Origin: Pecten maximus
Lineage: Eukaryota
Length of the DNA: 64,000 nucleotides
Direction of reading: 5' to 3'
Assembly: GCF_902652985.1 (NCBI RefSeq)
Contig: NC_047022.1
Span: 12,834,001 to 12,898,000 of the forward strand
The notes beneath the pieces were generated by a model that was not told the DNA's origin, made no database searches, and worked only from the letters and a program-made list of their open reading frames with translations. A program made the position numbers and the translations under genes. Shown in pieces: positions 1-12,213 of the stretch (positions within the stretch are counted from its first letter, which is position 1; every line of letters starts with the position of its first letter).

Positions 1-98
1 TTAAATCAATGTAAGAAAGATACATGGAGCGATGAACTGTCACATTCCTGAAAAAAAAAGGTATCGCTGGAACAAAGGATATCACATACAGGTGTGTT

Positions 99-570
99 TT
101 ACCTGTCTGAGGTAAAATGTTATAATAGCTAGGGTATGTTACCTGTCTGAGGTAAAATGTTATAATAGCTAGGGTATGTTACCTGTCCGAGGTAAAATGT
201 TATAATAGCTAGGCTATGGTACCTGTCGGAGGTAAAATGTTATAATAGCTAGGGTATGTTACCTGTCGGAGGTAAAATGTTATAATAGCTTGGGTATGTT
301 ACCTGTCTGAAGTAAAATGTTATAATAGCTAGGGTATGTTACCTGTCTGAGGTAAAATGTTATAATAGCTAGGGTATGTTACCTGTCTGAGGTAAAATGT
401 TATAATAGCTAGGGTATGTTACCTGTCTGAGGTATAATGTTATAATAGGTAGGATATGTATCTTAAATGTATTGTTACAACCTATTATGTATGTGTTTTA
501 CCTGTCTGAGGTAAAATGTTATAATAGTTAAGGTATGTATCTTAAATGTATTGTTACAACCTATTATAAA
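99..570. repeat. 40-bp minisatellite (TTACCTGTCTGAGGTAAAATGTTATAATAGCTAGGGTATG), about 9 copies plus a diverged tail
   Basis: Directly visible tandem units. Confidence 0.95.
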
Positions 571-1089
571 TAAATAATATATGACATCGACCTCCCTGAT
601 ATCCTTCTAGTTACCCTCACAGATGTGTATGAAGCAGAAGATGTTTGCCATTTCGGAATACCTGGTCGTGTATTTGTGTGATTAACATGGGTTCCCGAAT
701 TTTGATATTTTGCAATTTTTCTTCGGTTTGCAATAGTAATCGTAGTTCAGATTACAAGGAGAAACCAATTTCCTCTGGTCATGATGAATTTCGGGGCGCC
801 TAATAAACTAACATTCGTTCTCTTGTGATCTTTCGTTTTCGGGATTTGCCCACCAGAGCAACCTCTTTTGCCTCCTGTGCTCTTAAATAGTCGCTAATTT
901 GACAATATCATAATCAACGTTTTAATGCAATAACATAGCTGTAATTAACGTAATTAACGCCTATATGACTGACATGCATGTACTAGAAAAGGGAATTTCA
1001 CAGTGAGCCATTGGATATAAAAACTTTCATTAAAAATTGTTTTCCCTTTTTGTCCATATATACCACATGTTTTATCTCCTTTGATTATG

Positions 1090-1306
1090 AGGGGCCGCGG
1101 TGGCCGAGTGGTTAAGGTGTCCCGACACTTCATCACTAGCCCTCCACCTCTGGGTTCGAAACCTACGTGGGGCAGTTGCCAGGTACTGACTGTAGGCCGG
1201 TGGTTTTTCTCCGGGTACTCCGGCTTTCCTCCACCCCCAAACCTGGCACGTCCTTAAATGACCCTGGCTGTTAATAGGACGTTAAACAAAAACAAACCAA
1301 ACCAAA
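1090..1306 (+). mobile_element. Full-length tRNA-derived SINE (family A, V-domain-like core)
   Basis: tRNA-like head GGGGCCGCGGTGGCCGAGTGGTTAAGG (A box) and GGTTCGAAACC (B box); central GGTTTTTCTCCGGGTACTCCGGCTTTCCTCC; (AAACC)n tail; 12-bp TSD CCTTTGATTATG at 1078-1089 and 1307-1318; homologous copies at 7798, 20535 and 23113. Confidence 0.92.
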
Positions 1307-1518
1307 CCTTTGATTATGTGTTAAGAGTTTTAACTCTAATTTAAACACTATCAAAATACTGTCTGTAGAAAAAGCAGTATGTGGTTTTAGAAGAGATGTA
1401 CTAAATACATATAATTATCCAAACCACTGTACAGTCAGTCATTGAATGGTAGGCTTTGTCGATACTATTAATATCAATTACGTCATGATTTGTTTTCCCA
1501 TTATATTTTTACTTTCAG

Positions 1519-1585
1519 GTGTGAGTTTGATAAAAGTAGATGCATGCACAAGGAACTACGAATTGCCAAATTTGGATCTTGTTGA
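1519..1585 (+). CDS. Terminal exon of a Kazal-type serine protease inhibitor domain protein
   Basis: Polypyrimidine tract and TTTCAG acceptor at 1517-1518; phase-2 translation CEFDKSRCMHKELRIAKFGSC* matches the Kazal C-terminal half (C-x6-C...L....G-x-C); AATAAA at 1596-1601. Upstream exons were not identified. Confidence 0.6.
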
Positions 1586-1809
1586 TACACATGCTAATAA
1601 ATACTCTCAGTAATGGTACTTTTCTTACGTTTTTTGTAATGAATCATTTAAAACGAAAACACAATACAAAACTAACTAAATATGAATGAAAAAAATACCT
1701 ATTCACTCCCTTTGGGTAAGATTCTTCAGCTGTCAAATATTAGGCTTGCTGAACTTAAGAATCCCCCTCGGCTTGAGATTCCCGGCCTCATCCCCAAGAC
1801 GCTGCTGTT

Positions 1810-2975
1810 TTTACCTGACGATATAATATTATACCTAACTTGGGACAGTTGACTTACCTAACAAAATGCTGACAGTGGATTTACCTGACGACATAAACAT
1901 AGGATTATACCTTTCGATATATTGACAATGGATGGTACTTGTCGACATGTAATGGGTTATACCTGACGACATAGACAAAGGATTTTACCTTAAGATATAT
2001 TTGTTCACAGTGGTTTATTTGACCTGAACAAAGGAATTTACCTTATTATATACTGACAGCGGATTTACTTTACCTGACGACTTTTTTTACAATGGGTTTG
2101 CCTTACGATATAGACACAAGATTGTACCTCACGATTATTGACAATGAATGGTACTTGTCGACAGAGATTGTACCAGACGACATGTTGACAATGGATTGTA
2201 CCTGACGACGTGTCGACAATGGATTGTACCTGACGACGTGTCGACAATGGATTGTACCTGACGACGTGTTGACAATGGATTGTACCTGACGACGTGTTGA
2301 CAATGGATTGTCCCTGATGACGTGTTAACGACAATGGATTGCACTTGACATGTTGACAATTGATTGCACTTGACATGTTGACAATGGATTGTACCTCTCG
2401 ACGTGTTGACAATGGATTGTACCTGACGACGTGATGACAATGGATTGTACCTCACGACGTGTCGACAATGGATAGTACCTGTCAACATATTGACAGGGGA
2501 TTGTATCCTACATGTTGACAATGGATTATTAACGACGACATATTGACAATATATTGTATCCCTGTCGACATATTGACAATGGATTGTACCTGATCACATG
2601 TTGACAATGGATTGTACCTGACGACATATTGACAGCGGATTGTACTCGACATGTTGACAATGAATTGTATCTGACGACATGTTGACAATGGGTTGTACCT
2701 GTCGACATATTGACAATGGATTGTACCTGATGACATACTGACAATGGATTGTACCTGATCACATGTTGACAATGGATTGTACCTGATCACATGTTGACAA
2801 TGGATTGTACCTGACGACATATTGACAATGGATTGTACCTGACGACATATTGACAGCGGATTGTACTTGACATGTTGACAATCAATTGTACCTGTCGACA
2901 TGTTGACAATGAATTCTACCTGATAACATACTGACAATGGATTGTACTTGTCAAAATATTGAGTTGATTGTACCC
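1810..2975. repeat. 28-bp minisatellite (GATTGTACCTGACGACRTGTTGACAATG), degenerate at the left end
   Basis: Tandem units; they explain the repetitive ORFs at 2065-3069, whose 28-aa periodicity cycles through frames. Confidence 0.95.
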
Positions 2976-3614
2976 AAGAGGGCAGTATGTGTGATTTTTT
3001 TGTTTTCCATTTTGATATCTTTTCAGTCATGGCAAAATTATTTTGTAAAAGTAGAGAATATAAAGTCACCTTACTAGATCAGGTAAGCAGGAATTTCTCT
3101 TTAGCCTAATGGTAGGATGTTTGCCTTGAGAGTGAAAGGGCACTAGCTCAAGCCCCAGAACGGGCAGGATATTTTTCATCACTCCTTCCTATTAGTTTCC
3201 TTCATGGTATTTTTTACAAACATTTGCCAATGTTAGTATATTTCTCAAAGAACCGATTCAGTGATTATTCATCGCAAATGTTTTTGAAAGACGTTCAGCT
3301 GATACATTATTCATTCTTTCCCATATAAACATTTTCGTACCCAAGTGCCGAGTCCTTTCAGTCGGTGAAGTTTCAGGCTTTATGAAAAGAAGAAGGGCTG
3401 TCTTTTCAAATACATAACATTAACTCAAATACAACACAAGATGGTTTTTGTCAGTGAACTGTTAATTTTGAAACAATTTTCAGGGAGATGCCATGATTTC
3501 TTCACATAACTACAAGTCAGAATACCCTCAACACATCAACAGTTGGCATATTAAAAAAAAAACATTATTCATGTAACAAAATAGCACACAAAATAAAATT
3601 ACATTTGTATTTAC

Positions 3615-3830
3615 TACTGTATAACCCGAAACATTTGTTATATAAACTTTCATTGTTTTCATGGTTGCTATGGAACAACAAACATAAATACAATGGATAT
3701 TGTTGGATATATCATTGTTAAATTATTGTTGAAAGGGCTTACCACAAAAGTTTGTACTCATGAAATAATTTGAAAGCTCCAATTCACAAAAAAAGTACAC
3801 GTAAATATTTCATGCATATGTTATACAGTA
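3615..3830. mobile_element. About 215-bp MITE with TACTGT...ACAGTA termini (Tc1/mariner-type non-autonomous)
   Basis: TACTGTATAAC at 3615 is the reverse complement of GTTATACAGTA ending at 3830; same architecture as 62492 and 63718. Confidence 0.6.
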
Positions 3831-4451
3831 AGCTTAGTGTCAATTCATGACATAAGCTCAAAACTGTAAAATATAATCATTCTTTTTAAGTATCACAGTA
3901 CCAAGGTGATAATCTAACAAAATTATCAATTATCATTAGTTTTTGTTTTTCAGTAATTGGCCATGGGTAAAACATGGTTAAAGGTGTTTTTCTGTAGGTG
4001 AACACAGACATTCATAACATATTATCATGGTAACGTTGTAATATATGAAACATTCTTACTCTAATGAGACAGATAGTGTGGGTTGACATGTTTTTCCCTA
4101 AAAGAAAAAAAACATTTCCTTCAAGCAATAAAATTGGTTCTATTTATATCTGAATAAAAAAAAACTGATTTTCAAAATTTAGATAATTGAACCATTTTAT
4201 AAAATTAACGCATTTAAAATACACATATATATTTAACATTTCTAATTGATACAACTGTATGGTAGGGCGACTGTCAGTCTTTTACCATTCATACAGGTTG
4301 TGAGTGTTGAACTCCCTGATCAGAGGTGAAAAGGTATTGCGCCATGACCTCTGTCTGACCAAATGGATTTTTCTCAGGATAAACTGGTTTCCTCACATAC
4401 AAAAACCTATACTTCTATCCAGGCAACTAGGAATGATCAAAATGTTTATTT

Positions 4452-5749
4452 CAAAATATTTTTTGGAAGGAGGTACTTTCTGATCTATACATCTTTTCAA
4501 ATTGTGTCGATGAAGATGACAACATATATCAACACCTATGGTACAATAATAACATAAAAGTAGATTACAAACCTATTTACTTCAAGAGATGAGCAGATAG
4601 AGATATTTTTTACGTATATGATCTACTAGATGAGAATGGTAGTCTAATTCAATCGTACGACATATTTTGTGCCAAACACAATTTTTATCCTCCAATCACT
4701 CAATTTTATGGTTTACATAACGCCATCAGAGCAACTTGGTATGCTATTCAAAATAGACACCACACCTTTTCTCTACCACATTGTCCAATTCATATATACT
4801 ATATACTCACAAACAAGCAAAGAGGTCGTTCTGTTTATAATTTATTTATTAAAAACTTAAAAACAAACAATAAATACATTACAAAATGGTCAGAAGAACT
4901 GAATTTGGTAGAAGGTACAGTATGGTGGAAAAAAATAAACATAATCCCTTTTAAATCCACTATAGACTGTAAATTAAGATGGTTTCAATATAGAATAATA
5001 CACAGGATTATAAGTACAAACAAATATCTACATATGATAAACCTAAAGGACTCTCCATTATGTACTTTTTGTAACCGTCATACAGAAACTATAGTCCACA
5101 TTTTTTGGGAATACAGACTAGTAGCAATCTTCTGGGAAGATTTCAAAGTATGGCTATATGATGATACTTTAACTAATTTACAATTACATGTTACAGATGT
5201 AATCTTGGGAAAGTTACATAAAGATCAAGAAGTCAAATATCTCAATACATTAGTATTAATAGCAAAATTCCATATTTATAAACAAAAAATTAAAAATTGT
5301 CTCCCCTGTATTAATGGATTCATAAAAATACTAGATTTGTATCTAAAAACAGAGGAGGAAATTTACAAAAACAACATGGAGTATGATAGTCTTGTGAAAA
5401 AATGGTCTATATAAGTGAATAATTTTTCAGATCTTCTTCACACATATCATAACATGTACTTAAAAGTGAGTCAAAAGTTTTTCTTTTTTTATACCTTTAA
5501 ACACAATATATTAAAATGAGAGAAAGCGTGAGTGGAAGGTTGTTTGTTTGTTTGTCTCTGTATTCCAAAAAAAACCAACTGATCCTTTTTTTTTTCTATT
5601 CATCACTTAATACGTATTGTACATCTTACTGCTGTAATGATATGTCTGTATTATTATACCATGTAATATAATGTACCTGTATGTATACTATATGTAAAAG
5701 GATGAATAAAAAAGATTTCAAAACTGAAAAAAAAAAAAAAAAAGAGAAA
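4452..5749 (+). mobile_element. 5'-truncated L1/Tx1-clade LINE (ORF2 C-terminus with zf-RVT, 3'UTR, poly-A)
   Basis: One frame 4452-5414 (QNIFWKEV..LWYNNNIK..DLLDENG..LRWFQYRIIHRII..CTFC..ETIVHIFW) broken by a single TGA at 4590-4592; AATAAA at about 5705; A-tail 5727-5749; 13-bp TSD AAAATGTTTATTT at 4439-4451 and 5750-5762. Confidence 0.92.
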
Positions 5750-5925
5750 AAAATGTTTATTTTCCCTAAATAGTTTTTAAATAAAGAAAGATAAAACAAC
5801 GTTTTAAGAAATAAAGTGAAACAACTGGAGTTAATATAATCATATGTAGGGAAACAACAACCCTTTATCTACCAGTCCTTGGAGAACCTACATTTAGGTA
5901 CATGTGCGGTAAGTACATTTTTTAC

Positions 5926-6346
5926 AATCTTATTAAAATCTAGATGGTCATTCTCACTACGTTACATGAACATCTAACAACATCCCATAAGGGGTCACGT
6001 CAGAGTGACCTTTTGGATTAGCCAATCAAATTACTACTTCCAGAATCCTGGAAGTGAATTTTATATGTCCGAATTAGCATGACTAGAGTGCAGAGCTGCA
6101 TAAGCTGTTAATTTTTTTCAAGTCTTTTTCGTCCCACAAAGCATATAGCAATATACATGCTGTGCCAAAATGGTTTGCTACATGCTGTGACAAAATGTTT
6201 TGCTTCGATGACATCAACAAATTGACAATTCGCCATGAAAGTGAAATACACAGATCTCAAAGGTCATCAGAACGTGACCCCTTACAGGATGTTGTTAGAT
6301 GTTCATGTAACGTAGTGAGAATGACCATCTAGATTTTAATTAGATT
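5926..6346. mobile_element. MITE with about 88-bp terminal inverted repeats
   Basis: 5926-6013 (AATCTTATTAAAATCTAGATGGTCATTCTCACTACG...) is the near-perfect reverse complement of 6259-6346. Confidence 0.9.
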
Positions 6347-6425
6347 TATTTTTTTTATATCTTTTCCCTAAATTGCACTAAAAAGGACCTTGACCTCATG
6401 ACATGAGGGTAAATCAATGACTAGT

Positions 6426-6624
6426 TTATTCTGTAGACTGAGCAGCAGTGAAGGCAACATGATGGCTGTGGCGGTGAGAAATATGGTAGTGGTGACTTCG
6501 TCGTAATAGAGGCTCGACAGGATCTGTCTCTGATGGATCATCATATTTTGTTGTTATCAGTCGCTCAACATGTGGCTTTTTATGCTTCAAATCCCTCGTC
6601 TTCAATAATTTCTCTCCTCTGTAT
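6426..6624 (-). CDS. GPATCH3: GPATCH3 terminal coding exon
   Basis: TTACAG acceptor, phase 2; YRGEKL..LITTKYDDP..EPLLRR; TAA stop. Confidence 0.88.
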
Positions 6625-9600
6625 CTGTAAACAAAAATTAGAATTGATGAAAATACGAAAAACATCTAAATTGTAATTTCTGATGAGGGACAGTACAAGT
6701 TATCTCCCTTTATATTTCCTTGTTTTCCCAATATTGTTTAATTTTTTTATTACATTTGCATCTTTACTTGAAACATTATTGTTTTTACTTGATAATACCA
6801 TTATAGTATGACTCAAATAAATCCAGAGATGATATCTAATATGTTTCATTACTGTGAAGTTTAATTTCGGGGCTAATACTGACATTTTGCAGATTAGCTG
6901 CAGTGAAAACAAGTTTATGAGGGTTGAATTTTGCAGAACATTGCTTAGTCAAAAATTCCAAGTATACAGGTGAATGAGAATGTATATGAAGAGAAACATA
7001 TAATATACAATCGAAGATGTTTCAATTCAAACTATGAATATAATGAGTACCTTGGTATTTGATTTTGAGCTATCTTTAATTATTGCAAATATAACCAATA
7101 TTATATAATCTTCTATAAGTGTGACCAGCTTTCCAGTAAGTAGATGTCTCATATTTATTGCATTAAATTTGCATCTATTTGATGATATTTTGATAATAAT
7201 TTTAACACTATATATTTACAGATTTTACAACACTGTGACTAGATAATCAAGAAATGATTTTGTGCTAGAAATCTAAGTAGATATACCCCTGTAAAGGGTT
7301 TTATACTGCTTTCAAAACAATATCAATTGAAAAAATTGCAATGTATTATTAAAACTAACGTTCCATGTAACCCTGAAAATCTTACCCAAATCCTGCTTTG
7401 TCCTTCGGACCTTGACCCTCCGATTCAAGAGCCTCAGAAATTCCGATCACAGTTGATCCTAGGCCCTTCTCCTTCACTCCAACCTTGCTGTGTGAGAATT
7501 TTACGTCCAAATCCTTTAGTGTGCTGCTCAAACTTCCCAATTTTTTGTGTCACACTGCTATGGTTCATATTTGAAGGCCTCTTTTTGGCAATGCCAGCAC
7601 TAAATCTGTCGGTGTGTTCCACACCGTCACGTCGTCGTGTCTCCTGTCGCATCGTCACATAGTCCCGTGCATCCTTATCACCAGCTCCTTCTTCGTAGTA
7701 TATACTCATATCAACATCCAAGTCATCTGTTGTCTGCTCGTCAAAATCTACAAAAACAAGTCATAAGTGTTAATACAATACTATCTTAACATTAAAATTT
7801 GGTTTGTTTTGGTTTGTTTTTGTTCAACATCCTATAAACAGCCAGGGTCATTTAAGGACGTGCTAGGTTTTGGAGGTGGAGGAAAGCCTGAGTACCCAGA
7901 GAAAAACCACCGGCCTACGGTCAGTACCTGGCAACTGCCCCACCTAGGTTTCGAACTCGCAACCCAGAGGTGGAGGGCTAGTTATAAAGTATCGGGACAC
8001 CTTAACCACTCGGCCACCGCGGTCCCACTTAACATTAAAAAGCAATGCCTCAAAATCTATAAAACAAAATATAAGTGTACAAATTATTTTACCAGTAACA
8101 GTGAAAAGCAAGGCCTTCTTTTTCCTATAACAATCCAGGTAAATATACCACTATAACAATCCAGGTCAATAATATACCACTATAACAATCCAGGTAAATA
8201 TACCACTATAACAATCCAGGTAAATATATACCGCTATAACAATCCAGGTAAATAATATACCACTATAACAATCCAGGTAAATATACCACTATAACAATCC
8301 AAGTAAATATACCACTATAACAATACAGGTAAATATACCACTATAACAATGAATCCAGGTAGATATGCCACTATAACAATCCAGGTAAATAATATACCAC
8401 TATAACAATCCAGGTAAATATACCACTATAACAATCCAGGTAAATATACCACTATAACAATCCAGGTAAATATACCACTATAACAATCCAGGTAGATATA
8501 CCACTATAACAATCCAGGTAAATATACCACTATAACAATCCAGGTAAATTATATACCACTATAACAATCCAGGTAAATATACCACTTTAACAATCCAGGT
8601 AAATATACCACTATAACAATCCAGGTAAATATACCACTATAACAATCCAGGTAAATATACCACTATAACAATCCAGGTAAATATATCAAACACAAAATTG
8701 ATCATCGCTACAGTATTACGGCTATTTTCTTTTCAATCTTATTTTTTCATTATTGGAAACTTGGTAAATGTTTCATTACATTTTTTAAGTGTCTTTATCT
8801 ACAATGAAACCAAAACATTTTTACATATATTTTCATCTGCCATTGTGTATCACCTACCAGTATATCAGTTAAAATAACACAAATGTTCCCATTCCTGTTT
8901 GATAGTGGCAAAAACACATTTTCAGAAGTGATGCAAAATTTAGGAGTCGATCATTCTATTCTATAAGAATTTTCCTCAACACATATATCCACTATGATTT
9001 TACTTGGTTCCTTTTCACTAATTCCAATACTGAATGTCTTTATAAGGAAAACCCAATGCCTTGTTTCTTTTAGTCCACAAAAAAACTGATCACGATTTAG
9101 GATTCCAAAATTCTGACAAGTCACCTATATCTGACAAGTGACTGGTCGAAATTTCAGAGCGTGCAATTATGGTGAGTTTAGAGGACTATATTCCTTCCAC
9201 CATTAATCTACTTCAATGTTTCTGTAGGAATTTTAGTAATCTACTTCAATGTTTCTGTAGGTATTTTAGTATTTCAATATTTCTGTAGGAATTTTAGTAT
9301 TTCAATATTTCTGAAGGAATTTTAGTAATCTACTTCAATGTTTCTGTAGGTATTTTAGTAATCTACTTCAATGTTTCTGTAGGTATTTTAGTATTTCAAT
9401 ATTTCTGTAGGAATTTTAGTATTTCAATATTTCTGAAGGAATTTTAGTAATCTACTTCAATATTTCTGAAGGAATTTTAGTAATCTACTTCAATGTTTCT
9501 GAAGGAATTTTAGTAATCTTCAATATTTCTGTAGGAATTTTAGTAATCTTCAATATTTCTGTAGGAATTTTAGTAATCTACTTCAATGTTTCTGAAGGAA

Positions 9601-12213
9601 TTTTAGTAATCTTCAATATTTCTGTAGGAATTTTAGTAATCTTCAATATTTCTGTAGGAATTTTAGTATTTCAATATTTCTGAAGGAATTTTAGTAATCT
9701 ACTTCAATGTTTCTGTAGGATTTTTTTTTGGTAAGTCCTAAACACTACATCTTTTTTCAATATTATCATACATGTTAGCATCATTCAGGATATTAATGAG
9801 ACTAGGATTTAAGTAATTATGTGTCTGAAAAACGCTGCATCAATTTCCCTGTGGTATCAAGTATTGATCAACCAAATTTCCTCTACAGGAAACCCACCTC
9901 CTTCCTGCTCTTTCCAATACTGAGCGTCTGTATAAAAGACAAGACCACTGCCACCCTTCTCCCACTTCAGTTCTATCTCCTCCTCGAACAGACGCTCTGA
10001 ATTTCTCTCCTGGTTTGACGGGTCATCATACATTGCTTCGTGACGTTCCCACTCCTCACATGTATCATTGTCCTGATAGTGAAATATGAAAAGATTACAT
10101 AAGGGTGTATGGTACCTAACTGTGATGCTAATCATAAAGAAAGCCTATTTATCCTGTAAGTTACACTTTAAAAGGGTTAATTATCAATGGTTTTAATATA
10201 TGAACACTTATTTGATAAATGATTATCAGCGTTAACGTTTGTATTATATATTTTCAGTAGTGTTCTATCTAACACTCAATTTTGCTCAATGATTTATCCC
10301 TAGAAGTCGAAAAAAATACTGCAATGCTTAGTTCAGTTAATTAATGTAAGTTGAAAAGTTCATTACATATACATGTGATATGCCTACAGATAGCTACATA
10401 ATGTATATAGAGAGCTTTGTGCTATATACATGTACATATATATATATAAAATAAAGTTAAACCTACACTTTACACAAAACACTGGCAGCAAATATTTCAA
10501 TTTAAACCTACACAAACGTGAAACATCTATCATATGAGCAAGACTTAAAATCTGATTTGCAAGCTACTGTAGTATATGAAGAAAGATTAAGTATACACAA
10601 AACACTGACAGCAAATTCTTAGAATTATTATTTTCATGCTTACATCATCAGAATCCCTGTCCTCTTTTCCAATCAAATTTTCCTCGATTCTTAGTTCATA
10701 TCTTCTCTTAGTCTCGGGGTCCTGTCTAAATTTGTCCCTAGTACTCTTTTGTGTACTTGTGCATGTGTTATCCTTAATTACATTCTGCGAGGAGTCTAGA
10801 TCTGAAGACTCGTCTTTTTTGCCTAAAACCTGATCGCCTTCATCAATCTGGGTGTTTTCTGTTGGAATCTCATGACCTTTAGACGATTTGACCTCTGGAT
10901 TTTCCTCTCCTTCCGAGTGTTGACACCCAACATCACCTACAACTGTACCATTGTAATTAAAAGGAACATTCCCATACCTCTTGTTTGATCTTGTCTTTGG
11001 AAATGACAGTCCCAGGTTTTTTATAATGACTGGTGGCAGTCGACATTGTTTTATATATTCTAGGAAGATGGCGGTTGGTGTCCCCACGTTACCATTTGGC
11101 ATAATATCAGGAGGGTGTAATTCCTTCATTTTCTCAAGGTCACTGATGGTGAACTGTTCTCGATCATGTGAAACACATTTCTGTTCTGCTCTTGTTTTGT
11201 ATTTGTTGCTTTCACCTACAATTAAACATACAATTGATTTTACAAATGACAAAGATTCAAATTTCTCTGCATGCAAACTTCTTTTACTATCATAGCATAC
11301 CAATTCCAACCCTGTCAGCCCTAGGCCTACAGGTGGGACATAAGAATTATATATAGGGACCAAGGGGTTGTTCAAGGACAGACATGTACACATGCCAGAC
11401 ACCAGACAAAAGGTAATTTGATTAGCGTATGTACCATCATCAGATGGTGGGCTAAAAATGAACATATTTGTGTAAAATGTATGAAATATAAATACATGTA
11501 GATTGAATAATATAATCAAAGCAGGATTTACTTTTATATCTTAACTTTTTTGCCTAGTTCCAACTTCCAATTGAATTAAGAGGAAAACGATTGAGTGATG
11601 TACATATATATATGAGCTGCATGACTTTCTCAACAGGAATAATTACATAATGTACATATGTACTAAATATAACTAAAGCCGAGATTGGAGTACTCATATG
11701 TTATTTCGATTTTTCATATTAATCAATACAAACATATAATAAGCACCAAGGATTTTTCAACATATGTCCCTGGACTAATGTATAGGCCCTACATATCAGC
11801 TGCATATTACATATTTACATATTTTAACATCATAACAACCCCCTTAATGCAAGAACGTTGACATTACCGTTGGGCTGTTCGGATGTTTTGATTCTAGATA
11901 AAAAACATAAAGCAGGCAGGACGTCTCCATTCCTATCCAGCCAATGTCTCTTGTTGTACATCTTCATGAATTCATGGAAACGGTTTCCATTGACTTTGAC
12001 AACACAGCAAAACGTTCCTGAACGTTGTTCCTCGCGAGAAGTTGGATTATCAGTTGTTCTAGACTCTGGTCTATGTTTAAAATGGAAACATTTGAACCCA
12101 TTTGTCTCTAGAAATTGCGAGAAGTAGTTTCTTAGGTCTGCCGAATGGTATGAAGAAGGAATATTGTTGATAACTGCATAGATGAAGTCCGTTTCCCTGT
12201 TAGAGCTCTCCAT
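6426..12213 (-). CDS. GPATCH3: G patch domain-containing protein 3 (spliced; about 550 aa once a 1-nt frameshift is corrected)
   Basis: Exons 12213-11868, 11215-10644, 10072-9898, 7747-7386 and 6624-6426 with GT-AG and matching phases. GPATCH3 motifs NIPSSYHSADLRNYFSQF..FHFKHRPE, MPNGNVGTP, EEWERHE, EIELKWEKGGSGLVFYTDAQYW, and G-patch KGFGRKILTQQGWSEGEG. Confidence 0.93.
7386..7747 (-). CDS. GPATCH3: GPATCH3 coding exon 4 (G-patch; +1 frameshift at 7464-7466)
   Basis: TGTAG acceptor; GG|GTAAGA donor; the second half of the G-patch (LGSTVIGISEALESEGQGPKDKAGFG) is in the shifted frame. Confidence 0.88.
7798..8027 (-). mobile_element. Full-length SINE family A copy
   Basis: Reverse complement of the 1090-1306 element; 13-bp TSD CTTAACATTAAAA at 7785-7797 and 8028-8040. 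Confidence 0.92.
8125..8686. repeat. About 26-bp minisatellite (ATACCACTATAACAATCCAGGTAAAT)
   Basis: About 21 tandem units in GPATCH3 intron 3. Confidence 0.95.
9205..9722. repeat. 27-33-bp AT-rich minisatellite (AGGAATTTTAGTAATCTACTTCAATGTTTCTGT and deletion variants)
   Basis: Tandem units in GPATCH3 intron 3. Confidence 0.93.
9898..10072 (-). CDS. GPATCH3: GPATCH3 coding exon 3
   Basis: ATCAG|GAC acceptor; G|GTGGGT donor; DNDTCEEWERHE..KWEKGGSGLVFYTDAQYW. Confidence 0.9.
10644..11215 (-). CDS. GPATCH3: GPATCH3 coding exon 2
   Basis: TGTAG acceptor; donor GAT|GTAAGC, phase 0. Confidence 0.9.
11868..12213 (-). CDS. GPATCH3: GPATCH3 coding exon 1
   Basis: ATG at 12213; donor G|GTAATG, phase 1. 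Confidence 0.9.

Noticed and set aside
1-91. Upstream Kazal exon (GIAGTKDITYR|)
   Set aside because: In-frame TGA at 33-35 and lacks the CG and TYxN residues.
99-570. Regular arrays here and elsewhere as CRISPR
   Set aside because: No unique spacers, no cas genes, eukaryotic context.
1091-1175. tRNA gene
   Set aside because: SINE head with TSD and several copies; no complete cloverleaf or poly-T terminator.
2065-3069. Multiple 66-195 aa ORFs
   Set aside because: Translations of the 28-bp minisatellite.
7767-8156. 129-aa ORF (and ORFs at 954-1136 and 22886-23158)
   Set aside because: Read-through of SINE sequence.
11216-11519. N-terminal 100 aa of the 310-aa ORF as coding
   Set aside because: Lies upstream of the acceptor at 11216; open intron sequence with no GPATCH3 motifs.
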